64,000 nt of DNA from Fibrobacterales bacterium (GTDB lineage Bacteria; Fibrobacterota; Fibrobacteria; Fibrobacterales; JAOPTW01), in assembly GCA_051532035.1 (NCBI GenBank), contig JAOPTW010000009.1, positions 1-64,000 on the forward strand, read 5' to 3'. This document shows positions 17,398 through 28,090 of the stretch, piece by piece. Under the pieces are notes generated by a model. It had not been told where the DNA came from and searched no databases. It was given only the letters and a program-made list of their open reading frames with translations. The first letter of the stretch is position 1; the number at the start of each line of letters is the position of its first letter. Made by a program: the position numbers and the translations under genes.

Positions 17398-20298
17398 ATG
17401 AACTATTTACAGGTTAAACGAGCTGCGCTCATCTTTACGCTTTTAGCAGGGTTCGCTGCAGAATCAGTCGTTGCCCAAACATTAGACGATACTATTGATG
17501 AGTATATCTCAGATATGAATATCCAAGATAAATTGTGGCAAATTGCAAATAATGGATATATGTCAACCGGAGATCACAAACGCCAAGGGATTCCTGGGAT
17601 GCTGTTTAATGATGGTCCTCACGGTGTACGTGCGGCTGCGCTCGGTTGGATACCCGACGCTACTTCATTTCCGCTCCCTATTGGAATGGCTGCAATGTGG
17701 GATAGACCTATGTGGTATGATCTCGGTGTAGCAATGGCTGAAGAGTTTCAAGGCTATAATATTGATGTCATGCTTGGCCCGAGTATGGACCTATCGCATA
17801 ATCCTAAAAATGGGCGCACCGGAGAGACTGCTGGTGAGGACCCTTATCTAACCAGTCAATTTGCCATAAATGTTGTTCAGGGGGTGCAATCACTCCCTGT
17901 TGTGGCAACTATTAAACACTATTTGGGGGTCAATAAACAGAATGATCGTCATGGAAGTAATATCATTATGACTGAGCAACAACTGATGGATCATCATGGT
18001 TACCATTACCGTAGAGCTATTCAAGAGGGCGGTGCAATGGCGGTAATGTCATCGTATAACTTGGTAAATGGTGTGCACACTTCTGAAAATGAACTCACTC
18101 TAAAAGAGATATTAAAAAATCGCTGGGGATTTCCTTTCCTCGTTATGACTGACTGGTGGTCGGTCTATAATGGGGCAAATACAATCAATGCGGGCAATGA
18201 CCTCTGTATGGGAAGTGAAGATTTTGGTGAAGAGTTGATGATGCCAAATATCGAGAGTGGTGCAGTAAAGGAAGAGACTGTTGATAAGGCAGTTGCACGA
18301 GTACTCAAAGTAAAAATGCTTACAGGGCTTTTAGATGACGGATATCCCGAGCCAGATGAATCAAAAATAAATACGAGAGAACATCAGGAGCTAGCACGGC
18401 GGGCGGATGAGAAAGGTATGGTACTTTTAAAAAATAGTGATGGTATTTTGCCTTTTTCAAAAGATAAAAAAATTGCAATTATAGGTCCGAGCTCTGATGT
18501 TGCTCGTACCAATATTGGAGGGTCATCAAATCTAATAACTCCTTATAATGTAGGTCCTAAAGAGGGGATTGAGGGACTGATCGGCTCAGAAAATATTATT
18601 CATGCTTTAGGGTGTAATCTTGATGGTGATGATCGTTCTGGGTTTGACGAAGCAAAAGAGGCGGCAAAAAATGCAGATTACGTTCTCTTTTTTGGTGGGC
18701 TGAATGATCAGATTGAAGGGGAAATGGGCCATGAAGGTGATTCACCTGGTGATAGGACTACCAATGACTTTCAGACTCCTGTAATTCAGCGCGAGCTGAT
18801 AAAGGAACTCGCGGCAGTGAACCCCAACATCGTAGTAGTGTTACAAAGTGGTGGTGTTCTAGGAGTTACTGATTATATAGATGACATCAAAGGCCTTCTT
18901 TACAGTTTTTATACCAGTCTCGAAGGAGGTAATGCTTTTGCAAACGTACTTTTTGGTGAAGTAAATCCTGCAGGGCGTATGCCCGTAACTATGGCAGTCG
19001 ATGACGATGATATGCCTGAGTGGAATGAAGATTTCACTGATGATTTCAATGATGGCTACCGTTGGTTTGATGAAAAAGAAACCGACATTCAGTATGCTTT
19101 TGGATTTGGATTAAGTTATACAACCTTCGAGTATAGTAATCTTAAACTTGATCCTGCATATCCACAAGCAGGCGATAGAGTGACGGTAACTTTTGATGTG
19201 AAAAACACGGGCAGTGTCGATGGTGAAGATGTACCTCAGCTCTATTTTAGTAATCATGGAAGTGCGGTATGGTATCCTAAAAAGGAGTTGAAAAACTTTC
19301 AACGTGTAGCAATAGCTGCTGGTCAAACACAAAATATCGAGATGATTATTGATAGTGAAGATCTCTTCTATTATGACCTTGCCAAAGGCCAATACAGTGT
19401 TGAGCCTGGAAAGTATACCGTAAAAGTGGGGCCTTCTTCGGATAATCTCCCTCTCGTTGCTGAACTGGATTATACATCAGGTGAAAAAAAGGCAGACCTT
19501 CGCCCTATAACACTCTACACCTATCCTCGTTTCCCAAATGATGGTGATGAAGTGCTCTTTGTTGCGACGGTGAAAAATTATGGTACCGAAAAAACTACTG
19601 CGGGTGATATTGTGGTTAAGTGGAGTGTTGATGGGGAGGATGTGTCGTTTTCTGCCCCCCTTACGGAAGCCCTTCTGCCAGGGCAAATGAGAATGATAAG
19701 TAGTGATCCATCGCTCCCTTCATCATCTAAGTGGAGCTATAGCGCGGGGGCGACTATAACGGTAACCGTGGATGCTCATGATGTTGAAGCAGAACATTAT
19801 GAACAGAACAATAGCAGAGATTATACGATCTTACATAAAGGGGCGTTTACAAAGGCACCACTTATTCATGAAGAAGTGGTGCGAGAGGCGCCGAGTAGTT
19901 CTTCTGAGGAGGAGCCCTTATCGAACTCTACCTCTTCAAGTAGTCAGGTTACAGAGAGTAGTGTGAATGAGAACGTGTCAGAGAGTTTCGATGAAAGTAG
20001 TGACTCTGAGAGCAGCGGAGCAGAGAGTAGTACGACCCCATTATTGGAACAAGCCAAAGGGGGGGTGGAAGTTGATCTAGTAGCAAATGGATTAACCGTA
20101 GCTTTGGGTAACGGTGTATCGGCGAACACGGTAACTCTTTACTCGGTACATGGAGAAAAAAAGGCAGAGTTTGAAATGGAGGGTGACCGTGTACTGAAAC
20201 GTGATGTGTCTCATTTGGTAGATGGACCTTATGTTGTGTCTGTAGGGGGAGTTGTTCAAGAACGAACAGTTCTCGTCCTTAAAGTATCTCACAAATAA
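17398..20298 (+). CDS. Secreted GH3 beta-glucosidase with Fn3-like, CARDB-like, Ser-rich linker and T9SS-like CTD
   Basis: DGPHGVR, GRTGETAGEDP, IKHY, VMTDW (nucleophile Asp), VLLKN, FGFGLSYTTF; C-terminal LYSVHGEK...GPYVV. Confidence 0.93.
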   Translation: MNYLQVKRAALIFTLLAGFAAESVVAQTLDDTIDEYISDMNIQDKLWQIANNGYMSTGDHKRQGIPGMLFNDGPHGVRAAALGWIPDATSFPLPIGMAAMWDRPMWYDLGVAMAEEFQGYNIDVMLGPSMDLSHNPKNGRTGETAGEDPYLTSQFAINVVQGVQSLPVVATIKHYLGVNKQNDRHGSNIIMTEQQLMDHHGYHYRRAIQEGGAMAVMSSYNLVNGVHTSENELTLKEILKNRWGFPFLVMTDWWSVYNGANTINAGNDLCMGSEDFGEELMMPNIESGAVKEETVDKAVARVLKVKMLTGLLDDGYPEPDESKINTREHQELARRADEKGMVLLKNSDGILPFSKDKKIAIIGPSSDVARTNIGGSSNLITPYNVGPKEGIEGLIGSENIIHALGCNLDGDDRSGFDEAKEAAKNADYVLFFGGLNDQIEGEMGHEGDSPGDRTTNDFQTPVIQRELIKELAAVNPNIVVVLQSGGVLGVTDYIDDIKGLLYSFYTSLEGGNAFANVLFGEVNPAGRMPVTMAVDDDDMPEWNEDFTDDFNDGYRWFDEKETDIQYAFGFGLSYTTFEYSNLKLDPAYPQAGDRVTVTFDVKNTGSVDGEDVPQLYFSNHGSAVWYPKKELKNFQRVAIAAGQTQNIEMIIDSEDLFYYDLAKGQYSVEPGKYTVKVGPSSDNLPLVAELDYTSGEKKADLRPITLYTYPRFPNDGDEVLFVATVKNYGTEKTTAGDIVVKWSVDGEDVSFSAPLTEALLPGQMRMISSDPSLPSSSKWSYSAGATITVTVDAHDVEAEHYEQNNSRDYTILHKGAFTKAPLIHEEVVREAPSSSSEEEPLSNSTSSSSQVTESSVNENVSESFDESSDSESSGAESSTTPLLEQAKGGVEVDLVANGLTVALGNGVSANTVTLYSVHGEKKAEFEMEGDRVLKRDVSHLVDGPYVVSVGGVVQERTVLVLKVSHK

Positions 20299-20308
20299 CA
20301 TGAGTATA

Positions 20309-20341
20309 TTACTGAGCCTCATCGGCTCAGTAATCTTTTTA
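20309..20341 (+). terminator. Terminator after GH3
   Basis: TTACTGAGCC-tcatc-GGCTCAGTAA then TCTTTTT. Confidence 0.75.
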
Positions 20342-20554
20342 AATGTAAATGCAAATATTCTGCTTAAAAATAATGGCATATTTTTATTAAATAGTGATAT
20401 TGTAAACTAAAAAAACCATGAGATTTTTATTTTCTATGTATTTTACTTGGCCCTGAGAGGCTCTGTTGTGTAAACTTTCGTGTTATTTTTACAGTATGGT
20501 TCCCAAATAGAGCTATTTGTAACTAAATTTTACCCTCCGAGAGAGGGAAACTGA

Positions 20555-21394
20555 ATGGACACACAGAACATTTTTAACTATCGAAATTATCGGGAGTATT
20601 TAAAAGAGTATCATACTTTTCAAAAGAGTGTTGATAAAACTTTTTCTCATCGATCATTTGCGAAAAAAGCAGGGTATAGCTCGTCGGGCTTTTACTCTAA
20701 TGTTGTGCATGGTGTACATAACCTTACAAAACGGTATATTCCTCTTTTTATTAAAGGACTTAATCTCACTGGTGATGAAGCACTTTACTTTGAGTTGATG
20801 GTTCATTATACGCATGCCGATTCCCCTCAGGGTAAACAGGTCTATTTAGAACAGATGATAGACCTTATGCCCAAGTCTGTGAAGATGCTCAAACAGAGCC
20901 AAGGTTCATTTTATGAAACGTGGTATCATGCAGCAGTATTAGCAGCGTTAACCATTATTGATATCGGTGATGAATACCAAGAGCTTGCTCAATTTATTAA
21001 CCCTCCTATAAAAAAAGTTGAAGCAAAACGCTCTCTTGTTCTGCTTAAACAATTAATGCTTATAGAGGTAAATGAGTTGGGTTTTTATAAACCAGTTGAT
21101 CAGAAAGTTTTTGGTGGTGAAGAAGTTGGAGTGTATAAAATTCATCAGTTTCAGTCTCAGATGATGACTCGTGCAATGTGTGCACAAGAGATGTATACTC
21201 CCAAAGAACGGTATATAACAACAAAAACGATTTCAGCGTCCAAAGAAGGGTTAGAGCGAATAAAAAAGATGGCTCACTCTTTTGCGCTCGAGGTTGATAG
21301 AATATCTCACGCTGATGTCAACTCAGAACAGGTACTACAATTGAATGTGCAATGTTTTCCCCTGACTCATAGTAAAGAGGCTATTAATGAATAA
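20555..21394 (+). CDS. TIGR02147 family protein, copy 2
   Basis: IFNYRNYREYLKE, FSHRSFAKKAG, WYHAAV, QLNVQCFPL. Confidence 0.9.
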   Translation: MDTQNIFNYRNYREYLKEYHTFQKSVDKTFSHRSFAKKAGYSSSGFYSNVVHGVHNLTKRYIPLFIKGLNLTGDEALYFELMVHYTHADSPQGKQVYLEQMIDLMPKSVKMLKQSQGSFYETWYHAAVLAALTIIDIGDEYQELAQFINPPIKKVEAKRSLVLLKQLMLIEVNELGFYKPVDQKVFGGEEVGVYKIHQFQSQMMTRAMCAQEMYTPKERYITTKTISASKEGLERIKKMAHSFALEVDRISHADVNSEQVLQLNVQCFPLTHSKEAINE

Positions 21395-22772
21395 GCGTCC
21401 ATTGAGTGTATTACTGATTCTATTTATAATACAGGGTATAAGTAGTTGTTCAAATCAAGAAGATTCGTCAACGGGTATCACTATTGATACTGGTAATGTA
21501 ATTACGGCAGAAATAGAGTATGCTGACGGGTCAATCCCTGATTCTGTCCAGTTACGGATTGTTCCTTTAGATAGTCTTCGAGAGTATAGTCGGCCTGCGG
21601 GTGATGCGTGTGTATTTGTTAAAGGGGGCGCTGCTCTAGATGTGTCATTGGATAACCTTGTGGATGATGCTCGTTATTTTGTCGAGTTTGAAGCGTTCAA
21701 TACAACGGTCCACGCGTCTAAAGTTGCATCGGTGAATGATGTACCAGAATCTACTAAAGGTTTATGGATACGAAGTGTTACCAAAAAAGAAATCCAAATG
21801 ATTTTACAGCACCCTATTTCTTTGACAGAGATGTATACATTGAAAGGAGTTGTTGATACTAAAACAGTTCGGTATGCAAGGAAGGTGAGTATTGTGCATA
21901 CGGATATCGTTGCAGATGTAAGTAAGGATGGATATTATGAATTTACTCAAGTTCCTAAAGGGAGTTATACATTACTGTTTTTAGGGAGCCGGGAAGATAT
22001 CTATGATTGGTATGCCTTGGATACAGTAGTGAGTGTAGTAGATGCCGAAATGTTAGTAAGTAGTGCTGAGGCATCGAGTAGTAGTGAGGGAGGGCGTCTT
22101 TCAAGTAATGATAAGGACTATGTCGCAGAAGAACTTTTGTCTTCTCTGCGCTATTCTAGTAGCAGTAGTATGGTGGGCACATCGTCAAGTGCACAGAGTA
22201 ATGAGGATTTGGCGTCGAGTACCGAGCCTGTATTAAGGAGTAGTCAAGAAGAGGATGGAGAAAGTAGTTTAGAAATTACACTCTCTTCGGAGAATGACGT
22301 GTCGGAGGTAGAGAGTTCATCTTCTGAAATGCCCTCTTCTTCAGGGGGCGGATTTTCATCATCCTATCTATCTGGCTTAGGGGCGAGTAGTGATGCTTCT
22401 AGTAGTTCTATGGACTCAGTGGACCTCTCATGGGTTCTTCCACGAGATGATTTTGTTGGGCCATGGAGTAATCCTTATGCTGCGTATGAGGTTGATCCCT
22501 ATCCAGATTCCCTCTCTTTTGGGAGGACCCCACAGTTTTTGTTGCAGATGTATAGAGATGATACATCGTGGTTCAAGCTTTATGGTTCGTGGAGTCAAAT
22601 AGGGGATACGTTGCATATTTCTTATTTGGAATGCCATCTTATTATTACGTCAACACCCTTAGACGAAGAAATACGAGTTTGTCCAGATTGGGTTGAGTTG
22701 TATACGCGCTTTTTATGGAAAGATGGAAAGCTCTATCTGATAAAAGAGTCATCACTTCAGCAATGGATCTAA
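21387..22772 (+). CDS. Lipoprotein with Ser-rich region, partner of TIGR02147 copy 2
   Basis: Lipobox GISS-C; TGITIDTGN motif; DGYYEFTQVPKGSYTL (carboxypeptidase-regulatory-like); 8-nt overlap with the upstream gene. Confidence 0.8.
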   Translation: MNKRPLSVLLILFIIQGISSCSNQEDSSTGITIDTGNVITAEIEYADGSIPDSVQLRIVPLDSLREYSRPAGDACVFVKGGAALDVSLDNLVDDARYFVEFEAFNTTVHASKVASVNDVPESTKGLWIRSVTKKEIQMILQHPISLTEMYTLKGVVDTKTVRYARKVSIVHTDIVADVSKDGYYEFTQVPKGSYTLLFLGSREDIYDWYALDTVVSVVDAEMLVSSAEASSSSEGGRLSSNDKDYVAEELLSSLRYSSSSSMVGTSSSAQSNEDLASSTEPVLRSSQEEDGESSLEITLSSENDVSEVESSSSEMPSSSGGGFSSSYLSGLGASSDASSSSMDSVDLSWVLPRDDFVGPWSNPYAAYEVDPYPDSLSFGRTPQFLLQMYRDDTSWFKLYGSWSQIGDTLHISYLECHLIITSTPLDEEIRVCPDWVELYTRFLWKDGKLYLIKESSLQQWI

Positions 22773-23004
22773 GTCGAGTAATGGTCGTTATTCGGCAACT
22801 TATTTTGTGACTGTAATAATTTGAGTTCAAGGTGTCTTATTCTGACGCTCTACAAAAAATCAAATCTCATATTTGTATTGATTTTTACTTGCCAGTGGAC
22901 TTTTTCATACCTACTTTTATTCATGATCGTGACATATCGATATAGTGAGGATACCCTATTCTATTGATAGGGTTAGATACAGAAATAGAAAAGTGAGAAG
23001 TTGC

Positions 23005-23298
23005 ATGGAAAAATTTTTAGTTATCATATCCTTTGTGGTGCTTGGTGCAGGAGCTGCAGTCAATATAAGCTATTTCGAGCAGTTTCATAATGTGAATATC
23101 TCTCAGCTATGGCGTTCTAATGAGGTGATTCGGAAAGGGACTGTGTTGGATAATGTTGAATATGTTGCTTGTGACACAAACCTTGAAAAGGTAAATACCT
23201 GTATTAATCCTCATATTAAAAGAGGAACTCTCACTGGAAACACAACGCTTATTGAATCACTATTAAATGGTGGATCAATTATGCTCTCCCTCAAATAA
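23005..23298 (+). CDS. Small hypothetical membrane-anchored protein
   Basis: N-terminal hydrophobic segment from ATG 23005; no family recognised. Confidence 0.5.
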   Translation: MEKFLVIISFVVLGAGAAVNISYFEQFHNVNISQLWRSNEVIRKGTVLDNVEYVACDTNLEKVNTCINPHIKRGTLTGNTTLIESLLNGGSIMLSLK

Positions 23299-23465
23299 TT
23301 TGATAGATCAATCTTGTTTGTGTCAAAAACCTAAAGTTGTTTAACCGAAAATCCTTATAAAATGTAAACTTTATCTGTTGTAGGCGCTTATCACATTGTC
23401 TCTCTTGAAATTAAATTTGAGTTAGGTACTTTGATTCCCGTAAGCAAGGGCGTACGGGATTAGTA

Positions 23466-25349
23466 ATGAAAATAGATGTAAGATACATGGGTATCTTTCT
23501 AATACTCATGATGAGTACTCTGATTATAGAGTGTACTGATAGTACTGTTCTTCAAAGACCAATTGCTTCTTCAGATAAAAACGATGAATCCCCAGAGCGT
23601 ATTACCAATAAAGATTTAATGGGTCTTATGCATGCGCTTGATTCATTGGATTCATTAGTTACTTATACTGGAGTGCCTCTTACTGATAGAGGGTTGTTTT
23701 GTCGGGACTCTTTAGATAGTGTGTTTAGTATGAGAGTAGACTTTTTATTGACACGTAATGATTCCCTTTTAGAGGAAGCAGAAACTGCAGTGCTTTATTA
23801 TCGGTCGGTCGATGACTCTCTATTGCTTGAAAAGAATATTGAAAAAGTTGAGAAGTTGTCTTTCGATATACTCGTAACCAAAGAGTTTCAATATCGTAAA
23901 GAACGTTTATCGATAGTTGTAGTGGGTATTGAGCCAGGTTATTTTGATTCTCTGTTGTCCAGTAATAAAAATGATAGTTCCCCTCCTGTAGACTTTCCTT
24001 TGAGTAGTAGTGCTGCTGAATCAAGTGACGATCCGAGAAACACAAATCATGCGCCAGTATTAGCGCATGGAGATAGTATTCAAAAGATGATTTTTGAAGA
24101 TGCTGGTATGCAAGAGATGACACTTATTGCCTATGATACAGATGGGGGGGCGCTAGAGTGGTCAGTAGTTGTGGATAGTACTGTGATACTTGTGAATTCT
24201 AAGGGGAATGATAGTTCATTTGTTGTGGGGTATTCATTCTTAGATAATGTTTCTGGTGTATTCGACTTTAAGGTGTTTGTTTCAGATGGCTTTGAAGAAG
24301 ATTCCATTAAGATTATAGTGAAGGTGATGGCGGTAAATGATGAGCCGCAGTATGAGGCAATTCCAGAAGTGACCGGAGACCCTTTTTCTTCTTTTGTATT
24401 ATCGGTACTGCCGAATGGTGTGTGTACCGATACTCTTGATGACCCTTTGAATGTTGAATTGCCTTTTACCTATGAGTGGTATTATAGCACTCATAAGACT
24501 TCAGTTGATGGAGTGCTGGTTGGCGAAGGGGATTCGTTGATTATTGGGGATTCATTGGTTGGTGGCTATGTATATAGTGTTGTGTCGTGTATGGATGATA
24601 GTAGCGCGGTAACTCAAAATAAGAGTGCACTTTTGGGGCCTGTAGAGATTGGTGATCAGGCTGGCGATGTTTTAAATTTTAATGCATCACTCAGGCAATA
24701 TGTTGATCTCCCCGATTTTGAAATAGAATATACGAAAGGATTTACCATTGAGGCAATTGTTAAGTGGGATGTTATTGGTGAAGGTGCTCGGATTATTGAA
24801 ATAGGAAATGATTCAATGCACAATGTTTCATTGGATAATATTGTGTTTAAGGTTGAGGAGCCCGGTCGGTTGGTGTTTTTACATAGCTATTCCCCGGGGG
24901 AATGGAGTTCTGTATATGCGGATGGGGCTATTCAGGTGGGAGAATGGTTGCATGTGGCGGTGACTGTAGATAGTGAAGGCGTCGCGCGCTTATATAAAAA
25001 TGGTCGCTTACAGAGCCTTAATGGAAGTGATGAAACTGAGTTTCAGTTAAAGCCTATTGCAAATAAGCGTCGAACAAGTAACTATATCGGTAGGAGTACT
25101 TGGGATGGTGAAAACCCTTATTTCGATGGCCGTATTGATGAGGTACGTATTTGGCAGGTGCGGAGAAGTTCAGCTCAAATTCAAGGTAACTGGGGTAACT
25201 ATTTTACCGACATTACCGAAACGGATGATATATATGCCGTATATAACTTTAATCAAAAACAGGGTTCATCTCTTATTGATGTAGTTGGTGGGGAAAATGG
25301 TCATTTGATCAATTTTGAAAAACCTCAGTGGGGTGTGAGGCTTCCTTAG
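23466..25349 (+). CDS. Lipoprotein with cadherin-like/Ig and LamG domains (shorter paralog of 8558-12121)
   Basis: LIIE-C; NHAPVL...VNDEP; CTDTLD; FTIEAIVKW...WLHVAVTV...FDGRIDEVRIW. Confidence 0.8.
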   Translation: MKIDVRYMGIFLILMMSTLIIECTDSTVLQRPIASSDKNDESPERITNKDLMGLMHALDSLDSLVTYTGVPLTDRGLFCRDSLDSVFSMRVDFLLTRNDSLLEEAETAVLYYRSVDDSLLLEKNIEKVEKLSFDILVTKEFQYRKERLSIVVVGIEPGYFDSLLSSNKNDSSPPVDFPLSSSAAESSDDPRNTNHAPVLAHGDSIQKMIFEDAGMQEMTLIAYDTDGGALEWSVVVDSTVILVNSKGNDSSFVVGYSFLDNVSGVFDFKVFVSDGFEEDSIKIIVKVMAVNDEPQYEAIPEVTGDPFSSFVLSVLPNGVCTDTLDDPLNVELPFTYEWYYSTHKTSVDGVLVGEGDSLIIGDSLVGGYVYSVVSCMDDSSAVTQNKSALLGPVEIGDQAGDVLNFNASLRQYVDLPDFEIEYTKGFTIEAIVKWDVIGEGARIIEIGNDSMHNVSLDNIVFKVEEPGRLVFLHSYSPGEWSSVYADGAIQVGEWLHVAVTVDSEGVARLYKNGRLQSLNGSDETEFQLKPIANKRRTSNYIGRSTWDGENPYFDGRIDEVRIWQVRRSSAQIQGNWGNYFTDITETDDIYAVYNFNQKQGSSLIDVVGGENGHLINFEKPQWGVRLP

Positions 25350-25419
25350 TGTAGCGTAGGCACCGATGGTTTTGATTCTATAGTCTATCTATGGTGACTC
25401 AAAAATTTCTGTATTATAA

Positions 25420-27264
25420 TTACTGGATAGCTCGAACAGAAGTTGCACTATTGGAGGGGAAGTCTTCTGGCTTTGTGTAGCTCGCAATACCAGTTGCAGC
25501 CCATTCGGTTCCTCTGATAAAGAGCGTTTGAAGTCCGATACAGTCCATTGCGGTGCTCTCTAAACTCTCAGGCCCAATGTGCCCATAGTTGCCGTTATAG
25601 ATGCGTGCAGCGCCATGAGTTACGATCCAATCAAAAGGGCTCAATAATTTACTTGTTGTGTCTTGGGCAAACGAGAGTATTTCCATATTAAGAAGGGGGC
25701 CTCTGAGGTCGCGATCAAGAGTATCGATGGTGTGGAGCCACATTGGTGGAAGGTCTGCAACAATAGGGTGTGTTGAGCGTGTCAGTATCATAGATGTACC
25801 GGTGAGCGGTTCTGAGGGTTGGCTTGTGCTCGTTGGGATGGTATCAATAGTCATATCCTGATTAATGCTTATACCTGGAAAAGAATCAGTAGGGTTTTTT
25901 CCGAGTCCCATGATTGCTTGCATAGTCCTCCATTTGCCGTGAACATTTCTGCCCGACTGAGGAATTACCACGCCACCGCCCTGTGTTAGGTAGCTTTCAA
26001 AAGTTTCTTTCATTGCATGAGACCAGGGGTTTGTAAAATTATTAGTCTCCCAGTTACTGGCGAAATTTAATATAACAACATCGTAAGTATCAAAAGGGAC
26101 AGACCAGCTATCCCATGTAGGGGAGTCTATTCCTGGGGGAGGAGATGTTGCTATGTCAACAGAAAAGCGGCCGGTTGATTCAAGGATTCGCTTGTAGTAA
26201 TCGGTAGTAAGCTTCCAGTTGTGATCACTAATGCCGTCGACAATGACTGCGTTGATGCGATAGGAAATAGGTGCTTCGAGTGTGTTTCTGCCATCGGTTA
26301 TGAGAGATGAAAGAATGATGGTGTCTCGTGTTGGATTGTTACTCACTGCCGTTAGGGTGAGGGTGTCGTGAGGGAGGTTGTTAAAAGTGTAGCGTTCTCC
26401 ATTTGAAATGTGTTGTTGTAGCCCGTTGCTTAGGCTGATGCTAAATACTTCTGCATCAATTGATGGGGCAGAGACAATGCCGGTAATGACACTCATGGAG
26501 TTGGGGGTGGGGGTCACAGGGGTGGTTGTGGTTGTGTCTGTGTTGGTAGTGTCTGTGCTTGTGGTGTCGGTAGGTGTTGTGTCGTTAGGGCTCAATATGA
26601 GTGATTTAAAATAAAAGGTTCCCGTTGTAATGCTGTCAGAATAGATCGTTATGTTTGAGGTGTCTTTTGATACGGTACTTACTGTGGGGTTCAGCATACG
26701 GACAGTGTAAGCGCCAAGGGGGACATTCATAAAGGTAAAGGTGTTATATGTAGTGTCAACTGTAGTTGAATATTGTGTTCCAAGAAGTTGTATGGTTAAC
26801 GGCTCTTCAGGAGTGTCAATAAAGCTAATGATACCAAGAAGGGAACCTGTTGGTTGAGTTAGGAGTGGTTTCGTTAGAGTGATAGTTGTTTGGTCAGGTT
26901 TGTGTACTGTGTGTTGTACGGCAAGGGTATCTGATACTGTTGCTACTAAGAGAAATGAGCCGGTGTCGGGGGTGGTGAAAGAAAAGGCTCCCTGGTCATC
27001 GGTGGTGTCGACTAATGGGTAGATTGTTTTTGATGCTATTTTTGCAATAGTAAGTTGGCTGTTCCCACTGGGTACAGGGGAGAGAGTGACGATTGCAGAA
27101 GCTGCTACGGTACTGTCAGGTAACGTTATGGTGCCTGCAATACTGTTGGGGATTTCAGTGCCGCCTGCTCCGCCGGCAACAGAGTCGGAGACCGTGCAAT
27201 TAAAAAAAGTAACTGTACAGAGGGTGGCAAAGAGAAGATGGAGAAAAAGCGATTTGTTATACAT
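25420..27264 (-). CDS. Lipoprotein with carboxypeptidase-regulatory-like domains, Thr-rich linker and C-terminal ThuA-like domain; partner of TIGR02147 copy 3
   Basis: TFFN-C; GGAGGTEIPN; TDDQGAFSF; IVDGISDHNW...YDVVILN...GGGVV...RGTEWAATG. Start at 27264 follows GGAG. Confidence 0.8.
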   Translation of the reverse strand: MYNKSLFLHLLFATLCTVTFFNCTVSDSVAGGAGGTEIPNSIAGTITLPDSTVAASAIVTLSPVPSGNSQLTIAKIASKTIYPLVDTTDDQGAFSFTTPDTGSFLLVATVSDTLAVQHTVHKPDQTTITLTKPLLTQPTGSLLGIISFIDTPEEPLTIQLLGTQYSTTVDTTYNTFTFMNVPLGAYTVRMLNPTVSTVSKDTSNITIYSDSITTGTFYFKSLILSPNDTTPTDTTSTDTTNTDTTTTTPVTPTPNSMSVITGIVSAPSIDAEVFSISLSNGLQQHISNGERYTFNNLPHDTLTLTAVSNNPTRDTIILSSLITDGRNTLEAPISYRINAVIVDGISDHNWKLTTDYYKRILESTGRFSVDIATSPPPGIDSPTWDSWSVPFDTYDVVILNFASNWETNNFTNPWSHAMKETFESYLTQGGGVVIPQSGRNVHGKWRTMQAIMGLGKNPTDSFPGISINQDMTIDTIPTSTSQPSEPLTGTSMILTRSTHPIVADLPPMWLHTIDTLDRDLRGPLLNMEILSFAQDTTSKLLSPFDWIVTHGAARIYNGNYGHIGPESLESTAMDCIGLQTLFIRGTEWAATGIASYTKPEDFPSNSATSVRAIQ

Positions 27265-28090
27265 CGGCATCTCCATCAAGTTTTTTTGTTAATGGAAAGA
27301 GTTGCAGGTTTAATTGAATAACTCGATTAGGGAGTTGTTCTTGGCGTGCTAACTCGAGGAACTCCTGACGCAGTTCGGCAAGTTTTTGAGAATAGGTTTT
27401 AAATAAGGTGTCTGAACAGGTTAATGTTACTGATGAAATATCGCGCTCATTCCGAGGGACTTTTTCGAGTGCCGTTACCCCCAGTTGCATTAGGGCGTGT
27501 TGGTGACTTGATACCGCTATTGAACGCCACTCCTCACCGAGAGTTATGGTTTGAGTGACGTGTTTAAATAATCCGTTCTTTCCCTGGGTTATAAATCCGA
27601 GGCGGAGAAGGAGTGCGGTAGCCTCTTTGGCCTCGGTTGGAGAGATTTTGGGGAGTAAGCTGTGGCCGAGTTTTTTGTAGTTGTCTGATATCGGAGTAAT
27701 AGCAATAATTTCTCGAATAGCAGGAATATACCATTCTTTAAAATAGGCATATTGATCGGGGGTTACTGTAGTAATGCAGCTTCGTTTATGGGATACAATT
27801 TTTTTAAAAAACTGTGCCTTTAGCTCATGAGTTTTTGCCTGATCATAATTGACGAGTAGTAAGAAATAGGCTGCTTCATTTTTGTCGTGTTCAAAGACTT
27901 TAGAAAACTGTTTTGTAAGTGCGGGGGTTATGTTTCTTTTTCCGCTGAGTACCCATGAAAAAAAACCTGTTGATTTAAGGCCCGCAAGTTCGGAAATGGC
28001 GGCATGAGTAAAACGCTTGTCCTTTGACTTGCGTTTGAGATAGGCATCTTTTAAATAGCGCCTATATTGAATGTACTCATATACTTGCAT
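27257..28090 (-). CDS. TIGR02147 family protein, copy 3
   Basis: VYEYIQYRRYLKD, GKRNIT, WYIPAIRE, ERDISSVT, QLNLQLFPL. Confidence 0.92.
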   Translation of the reverse strand: MQVYEYIQYRRYLKDAYLKRKSKDKRFTHAAISELAGLKSTGFFSWVLSGKRNITPALTKQFSKVFEHDKNEAAYFLLLVNYDQAKTHELKAQFFKKIVSHKRSCITTVTPDQYAYFKEWYIPAIREIIAITPISDNYKKLGHSLLPKISPTEAKEATALLLRLGFITQGKNGLFKHVTQTITLGEEWRSIAVSSHQHALMQLGVTALEKVPRNERDISSVTLTCSDTLFKTYSQKLAELRQEFLELARQEQLPNRVIQLNLQLFPLTKKLDGDADV

